DNA of 64,000 bases from a virus. The stretch lies in the UHGV virus genome UHGV-1374897. One strand, written 5' to 3'. Below are positions 57,408 through 64,000 of the stretch, one piece after another. The notes under the pieces were generated by a model that was not told the DNA's origin, made no database searches, and worked only from the letters and a program-made list of their open reading frames with translations. A program made the translations under genes and the position numbers. The first letter of the stretch is position 1. Each line of letters starts with the position of its first letter.

Positions 57408-57788
57408 TTGATACATACTTCCCTCCGTATGAACTCAATATTCACAGCAGAAGAAGCTAGCAAGCTCCCCCTGTATAAGGGATGCACGGTGTTCATTAAC
57501 GTACATTGCGGTGGCATGCCCACAGTGAGAGCCGTTGAAGTATCTGATGTCGCCTTCGAATGTTTCGTTTCTCGTGTCAGAATCGAATACATCAACCACC
57601 GATTCAGAACCATAGATAATGGCTATCTCAACCACACTGTCTTCCTCACCTATCAGGACGCGGCCAAGCATGCGTGCCACGATTACGTCGAAGAGATAGA
57701 GAGGCTCGAACAACAACTCGAAACCAAAAAGAAAAAGCTCGCCGAACTGATGGCGAGCATTGAGAAAAACGAAGTTCCTGTCAGTTAG
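57408..57788 (+). CDS. Hypothetical protein with C-terminal coiled coil
   Basis: ORF. The possible true start is MNSIF at 57429, downstream of a TTGACA(57392-57397)...TACATA element. Confidence 0.45.
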   Translation: MIHTSLRMNSIFTAEEASKLPLYKGCTVFINVHCGGMPTVRAVEVSDVAFECFVSRVRIEYINHRFRTIDNGYLNHTVFLTYQDAAKHACHDYVEEIERLEQQLETKKKKLAELMASIEKNEVPVS

Positions 57789-57792
57789 GTAT

Positions 57793-57820
57793 TGACATCA
57801 TAGGTACTGCATGGTATAAA
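57793..57820 (+). promoter_or_regulatory. Sigma70-like promoter TTGACA-N16-TATAAA with no protein gene downstream
   Basis: TTGACA at 57793-57798 and TATAAA at 57815-57820. Confidence 0.45.
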
Positions 57821-57826
57821 GAACCC

Positions 57827-57912
57827 GCAACGACATCATTCTGTTTGGACTGTAAGTTGTTTGGGTTCTAAGCGAAAACCCCGGAAGGAAATATCTTCCG
57901 GGGTTTTTGTTT
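57827..57912 (+). ncRNA. Candidate small RNA of about 85 nt between a promoter and a bidirectional terminator
   Basis: Promoter at 57793-57820, terminator at 57872-57913, and no ATG inside. Confidence 0.3.
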
Positions 57913-57913
57913 T
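57872..57913. terminator. Bidirectional rho-independent terminator
   Basis: A-tract, then stem CCCCGGAAG / CTTCCGGGG with loop GAAATAT, then TTTTTGTTTT. Lies between the convergent + and - gene blocks. Confidence 0.7.
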
Positions 57914-58418
57914 AGTTCTGTTTCGCTTCGAGGGATTCTATTAGCTGGGTAATCTCTCCGATACATCGTTGCAATTCTGATGCGGGGTTTACCTCAACCA
58001 ACTTATCATGCGCCCAGATATAGAAGAGCCGTACCAGAATGGAATCTTCGGGACTACGTTGGTAGCTATGGCTCATCACCGTGCGCCTGAACTGTTCAAG
58101 GATAAGGTAAAGGTCAAACGTTTCGAACACCTTGGACCAGTGCTTAGCGTGGTACTCCAAATACCATCGTGCTTTCTTGAGGTCTTCAATACGGTTCTTC
58201 TTGTACTGTGACCGCATCAAATACTTGACGGCGTTCCCTAATGCGAAGGGAAGCTTGCCAGTAATTTCTATGGTCTCGATTCCGCTGGGGTGGGAGGTGT
58301 AATGCTTCGGGTGGTTGACGGCATCGTTCATGGATTCCTTTCCTTCCGGCAGGTCAGGGAAAGCCTGTGAGTTTACCTTGGTTGAAACGATTGCGTTGAT
58401 TGCTTCGTGAGCGTGCAT
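57912..58418 (-). CDS. DUF3310-like phage protein
   Basis: Pattern NHPKHYTSHPSGIETIEI...GNAVKYLMR...EDLKKARWYLEY. Confidence 0.45.
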   Translation of the reverse strand: MHAHEAINAIVSTKVNSQAFPDLPEGKESMNDAVNHPKHYTSHPSGIETIEITGKLPFALGNAVKYLMRSQYKKNRIEDLKKARWYLEYHAKHWSKVFETFDLYLILEQFRRTVMSHSYQRSPEDSILVRLFYIWAHDKLVEVNPASELQRCIGEITQLIESLEAKQN

Positions 58419-58419
58419 G

Positions 58420-59025
58420 TTATTTGGTGAGGTGCTTGTAAATTTGTTTGTTGATATATTTGCGAATAGACATCTTGGCTATGACGAAGAGGCGGGGAGA
58501 GGGTAGAGTTAAACATCCTTCTTTGACTGTCCACTTCCTTGTAATTCTCCGTGCGAACTTGTACGCCTTCCTGCATATTTCCAGAGCCGCAGAGGAACTT
58601 CCAACAAGAGCCACAGGAACTCTACTGTTGATGAAATAGCCATGAAATTTGAACTGGAAGAAAAAGGAGTTGTCCTCCTTAATCCAGCTAGGGGTTTCAT
58701 CTGGGGTAGTTTCTCCAACTGCACCAGTAGATATTTTATTGGACGCAAGGATGCGACCATAGGTTAGTTGTTCCTCGGTCAGTTGTTTCTTCGACCGGAG
58801 AGAGGCATGGATAAGTTGCTTATGTTCAGGCATGATGCGAGACCGAAGCTTGTTAGCTTTTGTCTCCCTCAAGAACTTCCTTTGCTCCGCGGGGCTATCT
58901 CGATACCAGTAAAATTTGTCTCCATATTTCTTGCACTTGAACTTTCCTCTTCGACGCTTCCCATGAGGGTGTTTCATGTTGGCCGCCATCTGTTCCCGAT
59001 ACTTCTTGAGACTTATTTTGCTCAT
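58420..59025 (-). CDS. Basic hypothetical protein, 201 aa
   Basis: Lys/Arg-rich ORF, possibly DNA-binding. Confidence 0.4.
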   Translation of the reverse strand: MSKISLKKYREQMAANMKHPHGKRRRGKFKCKKYGDKFYWYRDSPAEQRKFLRETKANKLRSRIMPEHKQLIHASLRSKKQLTEEQLTYGRILASNKISTGAVGETTPDETPSWIKEDNSFFFQFKFHGYFINSRVPVALVGSSSAALEICRKAYKFARRITRKWTVKEGCLTLPSPRLFVIAKMSIRKYINKQIYKHLTK

Positions 59026-59684
59026 AGTTCTGGAACGGAATGAAGTCGGTTAGTATCAACTGGGATGTCCTTGAATGCCCATGCGAGGTCATACTTCAAT
59101 TCCATCCTTTGCCGGAGGGCCAGAAGGAGCGCACGGATTTGCGGCTGGGCCGCACCGTCTAGTCGCATACGGAAGATGTGCCTCCACTCGCGGAGGTTAG
59201 CGGTCACGCCAATCACCGTAGCCGTGCAGTTCGGAAGCAACCCCCGCGCCTCTTCGGGAGGCAGTCCTCCTTGGACAAGTTCCACGTACTTCTCCGCAAG
59301 GTTCTGGCAGGTATCCTTAAACTCTTCAATGGTCTTCGGGTCAACCTTCTCGTCGCTAAAGAACTGCGGACGGACGAAGCAAATGATTCCCTTCCGGGAG
59401 TAGTTGACGTACCTCTGGCTCTCCATGCTCACGCTCATGTGACGATGACGGACAAGCTGATGTGTCACCGCTCTATCCGTCGAGAGGACTGCCGGGATGT
59501 TGATGTGCTCGATGACACTTTCGTGTCCGCGATTTATGATACGGGAGAGAAACGCAATGGGGTCGCCCTTCGGTTCGCTTTTATAGCAGATACGACCCAT
59601 TATCTCTGCGGCCTCAACCTGTTTATCTATTACTGATTTAGTTAGCGGAAGTGTGACTTCCTGATTTATCCATAGAACGTTCAT
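59022..59684 (-). CDS. thyX: Flavin-dependent thymidylate synthase
   Basis: ThyX signature RHRHMSVSMESQRY. The probable start is MNVLW at 59684; the longer ORF call is 59022..59840. Confidence 0.75.
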   Translation of the reverse strand: MNVLWINQEVTLPLTKSVIDKQVEAAEIMGRICYKSEPKGDPIAFLSRIINRGHESVIEHINIPAVLSTDRAVTHQLVRHRHMSVSMESQRYVNYSRKGIICFVRPQFFSDEKVDPKTIEEFKDTCQNLAEKYVELVQGGLPPEEARGLLPNCTATVIGVTANLREWRHIFRMRLDGAAQPQIRALLLALRQRMELKYDLAWAFKDIPVDTNRLHSVPEL

Positions 59685-59958
59685 GAATGATATGTTTGGC
59701 TTTGTAGTTTGCGAGTTCAAGAGTGGGGAATGTCCATCCATACTGGCCCCACTCACTGGTGCTGGGGAGGTATTCATCTCCGGCTTTAACCTCGATGAAA
59801 TCATTGTCCGCTTTGTGCTGACGGATGATGACAACCTCATAATTGTTTACCTTCCCGCTTCCTTTATGGGTTAGCTCATAGATGGCAACGCCCGCCTCAC
59901 GGAAAATGAGACGACAGGTGAAGGGGTTGCGTGTAAATTCGTTAGGAATTTTCTTCAT
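59638..59958 (-). CDS. Hypothetical protein, 106 aa
   Basis: ORF between ThyX and the ligase. Confidence 0.4.
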   Translation of the reverse strand: MKKIPNEFTRNPFTCRLIFREAGVAIYELTHKGSGKVNNYEVVIIRQHKADNDFIEVKAGDEYLPSTSEWGQYGWTFPTLELANYKAKHIIHERSMDKSGSHTSAN

Positions 59959-61987
59959 TTGTAATTGAAGGGTTAATCATTTGCATGAATTCTTCTTCTG
60001 TAATTGAAGGAATCTTATGGAGCCTCGCAATCTTTTGCTTGTGCTCCCCCGGTTCCTTACCGACAACAAGGTAGTTGGTCTTCCTTGACACGTTCTCCTT
60101 GACCGTGCCTCCCATGTCCTGAACAAGTAGGTTATATACATGGCGAGGCTGGGACAGGGTTCCCGTGATGACGAAGTTTACTCCCCGCAACGCGGTGCTC
60201 TTGGGAACATTGCCCTCGGCATTGGGAATATCTCCTGTCATAACCATTGCCGTCATCTCGTTCCACGTTGGCACGGTCTCCATGTAATTCAGAATTGCCT
60301 CGGTCATCAGGAGGCCGAACTCCGCATGACGCTTGTTCCTTAAATCTTCGGGGAAGAGAGTGAGGAAAGCGTAGAGATTGGGGTAAGCATAGGAGAGACT
60401 TTCCGCACGGGTGCAACCGACGTGGGGAATCTCCATTGCAGTAATCCATTGGGATAATGTTGCATGGTGCTTCCGTTCCTCCACGATTTCAAGGAATCCT
60501 CTGTACCCTTGAGTTCCGGGGATTCCGCTAATCAAATTGTCCATCATGCCGGACATGAGAAGCAGGAACGGGTGGTGGAGGTAAGCAGTTTCTGCGGTCG
60601 GAGGCTCTACATCATTCTCCCCGGCGAGCAGTTTGTCTGCAATCATGCGTGAGAATACAAGCCCCATGCCATCGATGTCTAGTGCGTTCTTACCGCATGC
60701 GTATTCCAGCTTGGCCGCTACCTTATCCCGGCACAACGGATTGGTACAGAAGATGTTGAGGTCACTAGAGGATAACGTGGAGCCGCAACAGGGACAGGTC
60801 AGAGGGACAACGGAAACCGTATTGTCACAGCCGCGGACCCTACGAACGTAGGGAATAATCTCCCCTGCCTTAACCACCTCCACGGTATCACCAATGTGGA
60901 AGGAGGCCGCATTAGCCACGTTGGAGAGGGTGGCACGGGAAACGTTGGTTCCACCAATCTTCACCGTATCGAAGACAGCAACCGGGGTTAATACCCCTGT
61001 CCTTCCTACTTGCCAAATGACATCGCGAAGGGTAGTTTCAACTCCCTGCGGGTTGAACTTAAAGGCTACAGCATCCTTCGGGTGATGGGCGGTAGCCTCT
61101 CCCGCATGGATTATAGCGTTCTTCTGGTTCAACTTAAACACAATACCATCAGTGGGATAGGCATTGTCTTCCCGCAGGTGCTTGGCCATGTCCCGGATAT
61201 ATTCATCCGTCAGGGCTTCACCATTGGGGTATACATTGGGGAGGGTTGCGAGGTCAAACATTTCCATCAGCCACCCATGCAGTTCCATGCGGGATTCAAC
61301 ACCCTCCGGGAAGGGACTTGCATCGAACGGGATGAAGGTAATGAGCCAGTCAGACCACTTGAGCTTATTGTTGCGGAGTTGACCAACGGCACAGGCGCGG
61401 AGGTTGGAGTACCCCATGCTTTCCACCTGCCCCTCGTTGCTCTTAGCCACAACCACTTCCCCACGGATAGCTCCCGTGTAATTGCCATAACTTGGCGGGG
61501 CCATGTAGAGAACCTTATCAAGGGGGATTACTTCCCCCTCGGTTCCGTCGCCACGGGTAACGGCCTTGACGAGCCGCCCCTTTTCAATGTACAGAACGAG
61601 GGTAAGGCCGTCATACTTCGGTTCAACCACGACGTCACGTCCGGCAATCCAGCCGCGAAGCTGGTCCATACCAATTCCGTCCTTGCCCTCATGAATCTTG
61701 GCGAGAGACAGGACGGGATTGGGATGCCGGAAGGTCTTGGCTCCCCGTTGTACGTCGTCTCCAAGACTATCGAGTTCCTTGGATTCCGGGGAACGGGAAC
61801 GCAGTTCTTCAACCAGAGTATCGTAAACCGTGTCGGGAATGAGGGTCTTCCCCTCATTGTAGTAGGAGCTATTGAAGAATGCAATCGCTTCCTCCAACTC
61901 CTTCACGCTCATGTTTTTAGGATTACCTATCTCCATTGTCGTCTTCCTTTCCGACGTGTATGATACCTTCGCTAATGATTCTGTCAA
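59942..61987 (-). CDS. ligA: NAD-dependent DNA ligase
   Basis: Adenylation motif KYDG (VVEPKYDGL), Cys4 zinc finger CPCCGS...CTNPLC, and C-terminal BRCT-like region KTNYLVVGKEPG. Confidence 0.8.
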   Translation of the reverse strand: MTESLAKVSYTSERKTTMEIGNPKNMSVKELEEAIAFFNSSYYNEGKTLIPDTVYDTLVEELRSRSPESKELDSLGDDVQRGAKTFRHPNPVLSLAKIHEGKDGIGMDQLRGWIAGRDVVVEPKYDGLTLVLYIEKGRLVKAVTRGDGTEGEVIPLDKVLYMAPPSYGNYTGAIRGEVVVAKSNEGQVESMGYSNLRACAVGQLRNNKLKWSDWLITFIPFDASPFPEGVESRMELHGWLMEMFDLATLPNVYPNGEALTDEYIRDMAKHLREDNAYPTDGIVFKLNQKNAIIHAGEATAHHPKDAVAFKFNPQGVETTLRDVIWQVGRTGVLTPVAVFDTVKIGGTNVSRATLSNVANAASFHIGDTVEVVKAGEIIPYVRRVRGCDNTVSVVPLTCPCCGSTLSSSDLNIFCTNPLCRDKVAAKLEYACGKNALDIDGMGLVFSRMIADKLLAGENDVEPPTAETAYLHHPFLLLMSGMMDNLISGIPGTQGYRGFLEIVEERKHHATLSQWITAMEIPHVGCTRAESLSYAYPNLYAFLTLFPEDLRNKRHAEFGLLMTEAILNYMETVPTWNEMTAMVMTGDIPNAEGNVPKSTALRGVNFVITGTLSQPRHVYNLLVQDMGGTVKENVSRKTNYLVVGKEPGEHKQKIARLHKIPSITEEEFMQMINPSITNEENS

Positions 61988-62237
61988 GCTCTTTCTCTAC
62001 TGTTTTTTGACATGTTTCCGGGTAAGGAACCCGAAGTAAAATCATTATCATGTGAAGGTACTCCTTCTTTGTTGGTTCTGCCCTATATATCTCTGCTTGC
62101 CGACATGCGCGATGGCATACACGTTCAAGCAGGGCACGGGCAATTGTACGATAATCTTCCTGTTCGCTAGTCGTTTCCATTGCTTTATGCTTCGTGGGGT
62201 AGGATGATTTTACGGGCGTTGGCTTCCTTCTCGGCAA
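61923..62237 (-). CDS. Hypothetical protein, 104 aa
   Basis: ORF. Confidence 0.35.
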   Translation of the reverse strand: MPRRKPTPVKSSYPTKHKAMETTSEQEDYRTIARALLERVCHRACRQAEIYRAEPTKKEYLHMIMILLRVPYPETCQKTVEKELDRIISEGIIHVGKEDDNGDR

Positions 62238-62784
62238 GCTCCGACTTATCTACGAAGGTAAGAGTAGACTGTTCCATCAGGTTCATGGAAATTACATTGC
62301 TCGCCACGGAGAAGAGACGGAATGCGGAGATGCCTCCCTTCTCTTCATCAATGCGGTCCGGGTCGTTCTGACTGGCATACGCTATCAAGAGGTGAATGGC
62401 CATGAAGAGGACGAGTGCCTTAATCATGACGTGGGAATCTGTAAAGATATTGCACGCCTTGCCGGGGTTCTCAAGCTCCTGCATAAAGGCAATGTATTCC
62501 TTCACAGTGACGAGGTTCTCGGCGACTTCTGCCATGATGAACTGAACTCCCGCCAGCGGCGGGGGTTCAATATCAAAGATGTTGGCGGCGTAGTCCCCCA
62601 GTTCAAGAGCTTTCTCGGCAACCGCATCCGCAGGCGCGTCGATGGGCAGGTTGAAGGCAGGGACTGCATCCCACTCCCGTTGCAGTCTTTCCTTCAACAT
62701 GATAGACTTCGGTTCGGTGAGAATGCGGGCTACCTCTTCCTGAATATTATCAAGGCTCAATTCGTTTGGTTCTGTGGTGTTCAT
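62185..62784 (-). CDS. Hypothetical protein, 199 aa
   Basis: ORF. Confidence 0.45.
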   Translation of the reverse strand: MNTTEPNELSLDNIQEEVARILTEPKSIMLKERLQREWDAVPAFNLPIDAPADAVAEKALELGDYAANIFDIEPPPLAGVQFIMAEVAENLVTVKEYIAFMQELENPGKACNIFTDSHVMIKALVLFMAIHLLIAYASQNDPDRIDEEKGGISAFRLFSVASNVISMNLMEQSTLTFVDKSELAEKEANARKIILPHEA

Positions 62785-62810
62785 GTACGGATAATAGTAT
62801 CTGGGTTTTA

Positions 62811-63347
62811 TTACTTGTCAAGAGAAGTTTCTTCGTTTCTGTCTAATTCATTCAGAAGATTGCAGAGACGTTCCATTTCGGTTGTTCCCTCACATGAAGG
62901 GTTGACACGTAAGGACCGATTCTTCTTGAAGTCCCAAATAGCTCCGTCGATAACTCTGAACCGATAATGCAGGTCGATTGGCCTGATGAGAAGAAGAGAG
63001 GAAGGGGTTACTGCTTTGATAGTCCCTGTACATTTATCCTTAATACCGACAAGAACGGAATCCTTCTCGTCCTCCATTACAGTCCATTTACCTATATGTT
63101 CTCTACAAATTACCTCGTCCCCCTCCTTAAACTTCCGAAGAGGTGTAGGGTAACATTTGATTGCTTCTTCATGACGGACAACCCCCTCACCCAGAGGGAA
63201 AGCATTTAAGACTTTGTATCTGTAGAAGTTCGGGGAAAGTTCGATTACCTGTCCCACGTAATACTCTCCACCCAGTTCTCTGACAATGTAGTCACCGGGG
63301 TTGATGTCCTCGTCGATATATTTTTGATAGTCTTTGGGTTCTAACAT
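62811..63347 (-). CDS. Hypothetical protein, 178 aa
   Basis: ORF. Confidence 0.45.
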   Translation of the reverse strand: MLEPKDYQKYIDEDINPGDYIVRELGGEYYVGQVIELSPNFYRYKVLNAFPLGEGVVRHEEAIKCYPTPLRKFKEGDEVICREHIGKWTVMEDEKDSVLVGIKDKCTGTIKAVTPSSLLLIRPIDLHYRFRVIDGAIWDFKKNRSLRVNPSCEGTTEMERLCNLLNELDRNEETSLDK

Positions 63348-63461
63348 ATTCTTGATAGTAGTGGTTATAACTTTTCGGATTTCGTTCGTATTGTTCTTTT
63401 TGTTCCTGCATTATCTTCCGAGTTAAACGGGAAACCCGAAGGAGTGCAAGAAATTGTCGGG

Positions 63462-64000
63462 TTAAACTCTCAAATTGCATTGGAAGGAACTCTTGTGGAG
63501 CGAGAGGATTTCCTCATTGGTCAGGGTCCCCATGTTCAGCCGCATGTCGTCGGAAGCCATCGTCAAAATCGGAGTGCCTTCGATTGATAGGGGGAAGGCC
63601 ATCTTGGCGGCGAGGACTAGCGAGGGGCGGGCCTTAAACATAGCGTCGTATAGGGTTTCGCTATATCGAACGGCGTGATGTCCTCCGAAATAAACTTCGG
63701 TGGCATACGTGCAATCCTTGCCTCGCCGCGTCTCTGGCGCGTTTAACCGGAGGATGCGCACCGTGTGGTCCTCATACGCCTTCGGGTCATAAAGTGTGCG
63801 GATGATGAAGTGGGTATCTGTCATGATTACCTTGCCGATTCCGAAGGCTTCAATCAGGAACTTAGTCCGCACGGATTGGAGATTGTCAGCCTCTGGATAC
63901 CGGGGAATATAGAGTTCAGATTTAGTCTTGGAGGGAAGGATAATAGTATCCCAAAGTTCCCCGGTGCTTCCCTCATTATTGCTAGTCCAAGAATGAAGGA
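63462..64000 (-). CDS. Hypothetical protein, N-terminally truncated by the window edge
   Basis: The reading frame stays open upstream of the GTG at 63872 all the way to position 64000. Confidence 0.45.
   Translation of the reverse strand, partial: LHSWTSNNEGSTGELWDTIILPSKTKSELYIPRYPEADNLQSVRTKFLIEAFGIGKVIMTDTHFIIRTLYDPKAYEDHTVRILRLNAPETRRGKDCTYATEVYFGGHHAVRYSETLYDAMFKARPSLVLAAKMAFPLSIEGTPILTMASDDMRLNMGTLTNEEILSLHKSSFQCNLRV

Noticed and set aside
63462-64000. Truncated minus-strand ORF as dUTPase or dCTP deaminase
   Set aside because: It has the size and context of a nucleotide-metabolism gene, but none of the five dUTPase motifs or the dCD signature are recognisable.

Overview
The window reads as most or all of a virulent dsDNA tailed-phage (Caudoviricetes) genome of about 50% GC. 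It contains no integrase, no tRNA and no CRISPR array. Nearly all genes lie on the + strand in one collinear block from 772 to 57788. In order it holds replication and recombination genes (GTG-initiated AEP primase/SF3 helicase, MazG-like, family-A DNA polymerase, SNF2/DEAD-like helicase, Cas4/RecB-like nuclease, RuvC resolvase), then packaging and head genes (TerL, portal-sized protein, acidic repeat scaffold-like protein, putative major capsid protein), then tail-fiber-like proteins and an accessory region. The accessory region holds Cys-rich zinc-ribbon proteins, a PadR-like regulator, a seven-member tandem array of small paralogous ORFs, and a lysis cassette (GH108-like endolysin plus a TM protein). 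The block ends with a 985-aa protein, two mid-sized proteins and a 3218-aa giant ORF carrying a zincin HExxH motif. A divergent minus-strand block (57912 to the window end, plus 147-509) carries nucleotide-metabolism genes: NAD-dependent DNA ligase, flavin-dependent thymidylate synthase ThyX and a DUF3310 protein. Transcription signals look sigma70-like (TTGACA/TTGACC, 16-17 nt, TAnnnT). Two late promoters have perfect palindromes wrapped around the -10 box, and several promoters appear to give leaderless mRNAs. Region 1190-3720 is a 2.5-kb non-coding block packed with iteron-like repeats, direct repeats, AT-rich DNA and a promoter/terminator-bounded small-RNA candidate, so it is a likely replication origin and regulatory hub. 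An 11-15-nt motif (GGAACCCACGGAATCC and its reverse complement) is dispersed through coding and non-coding DNA. The most novel-looking elements are the recombining seven-gene small-paralog array (38053-39710), the palindrome-clamped promoters, the 3218-aa protein and the small-RNA candidates. All calls come from reading the sequence and motif recognition only. No database search was possible.
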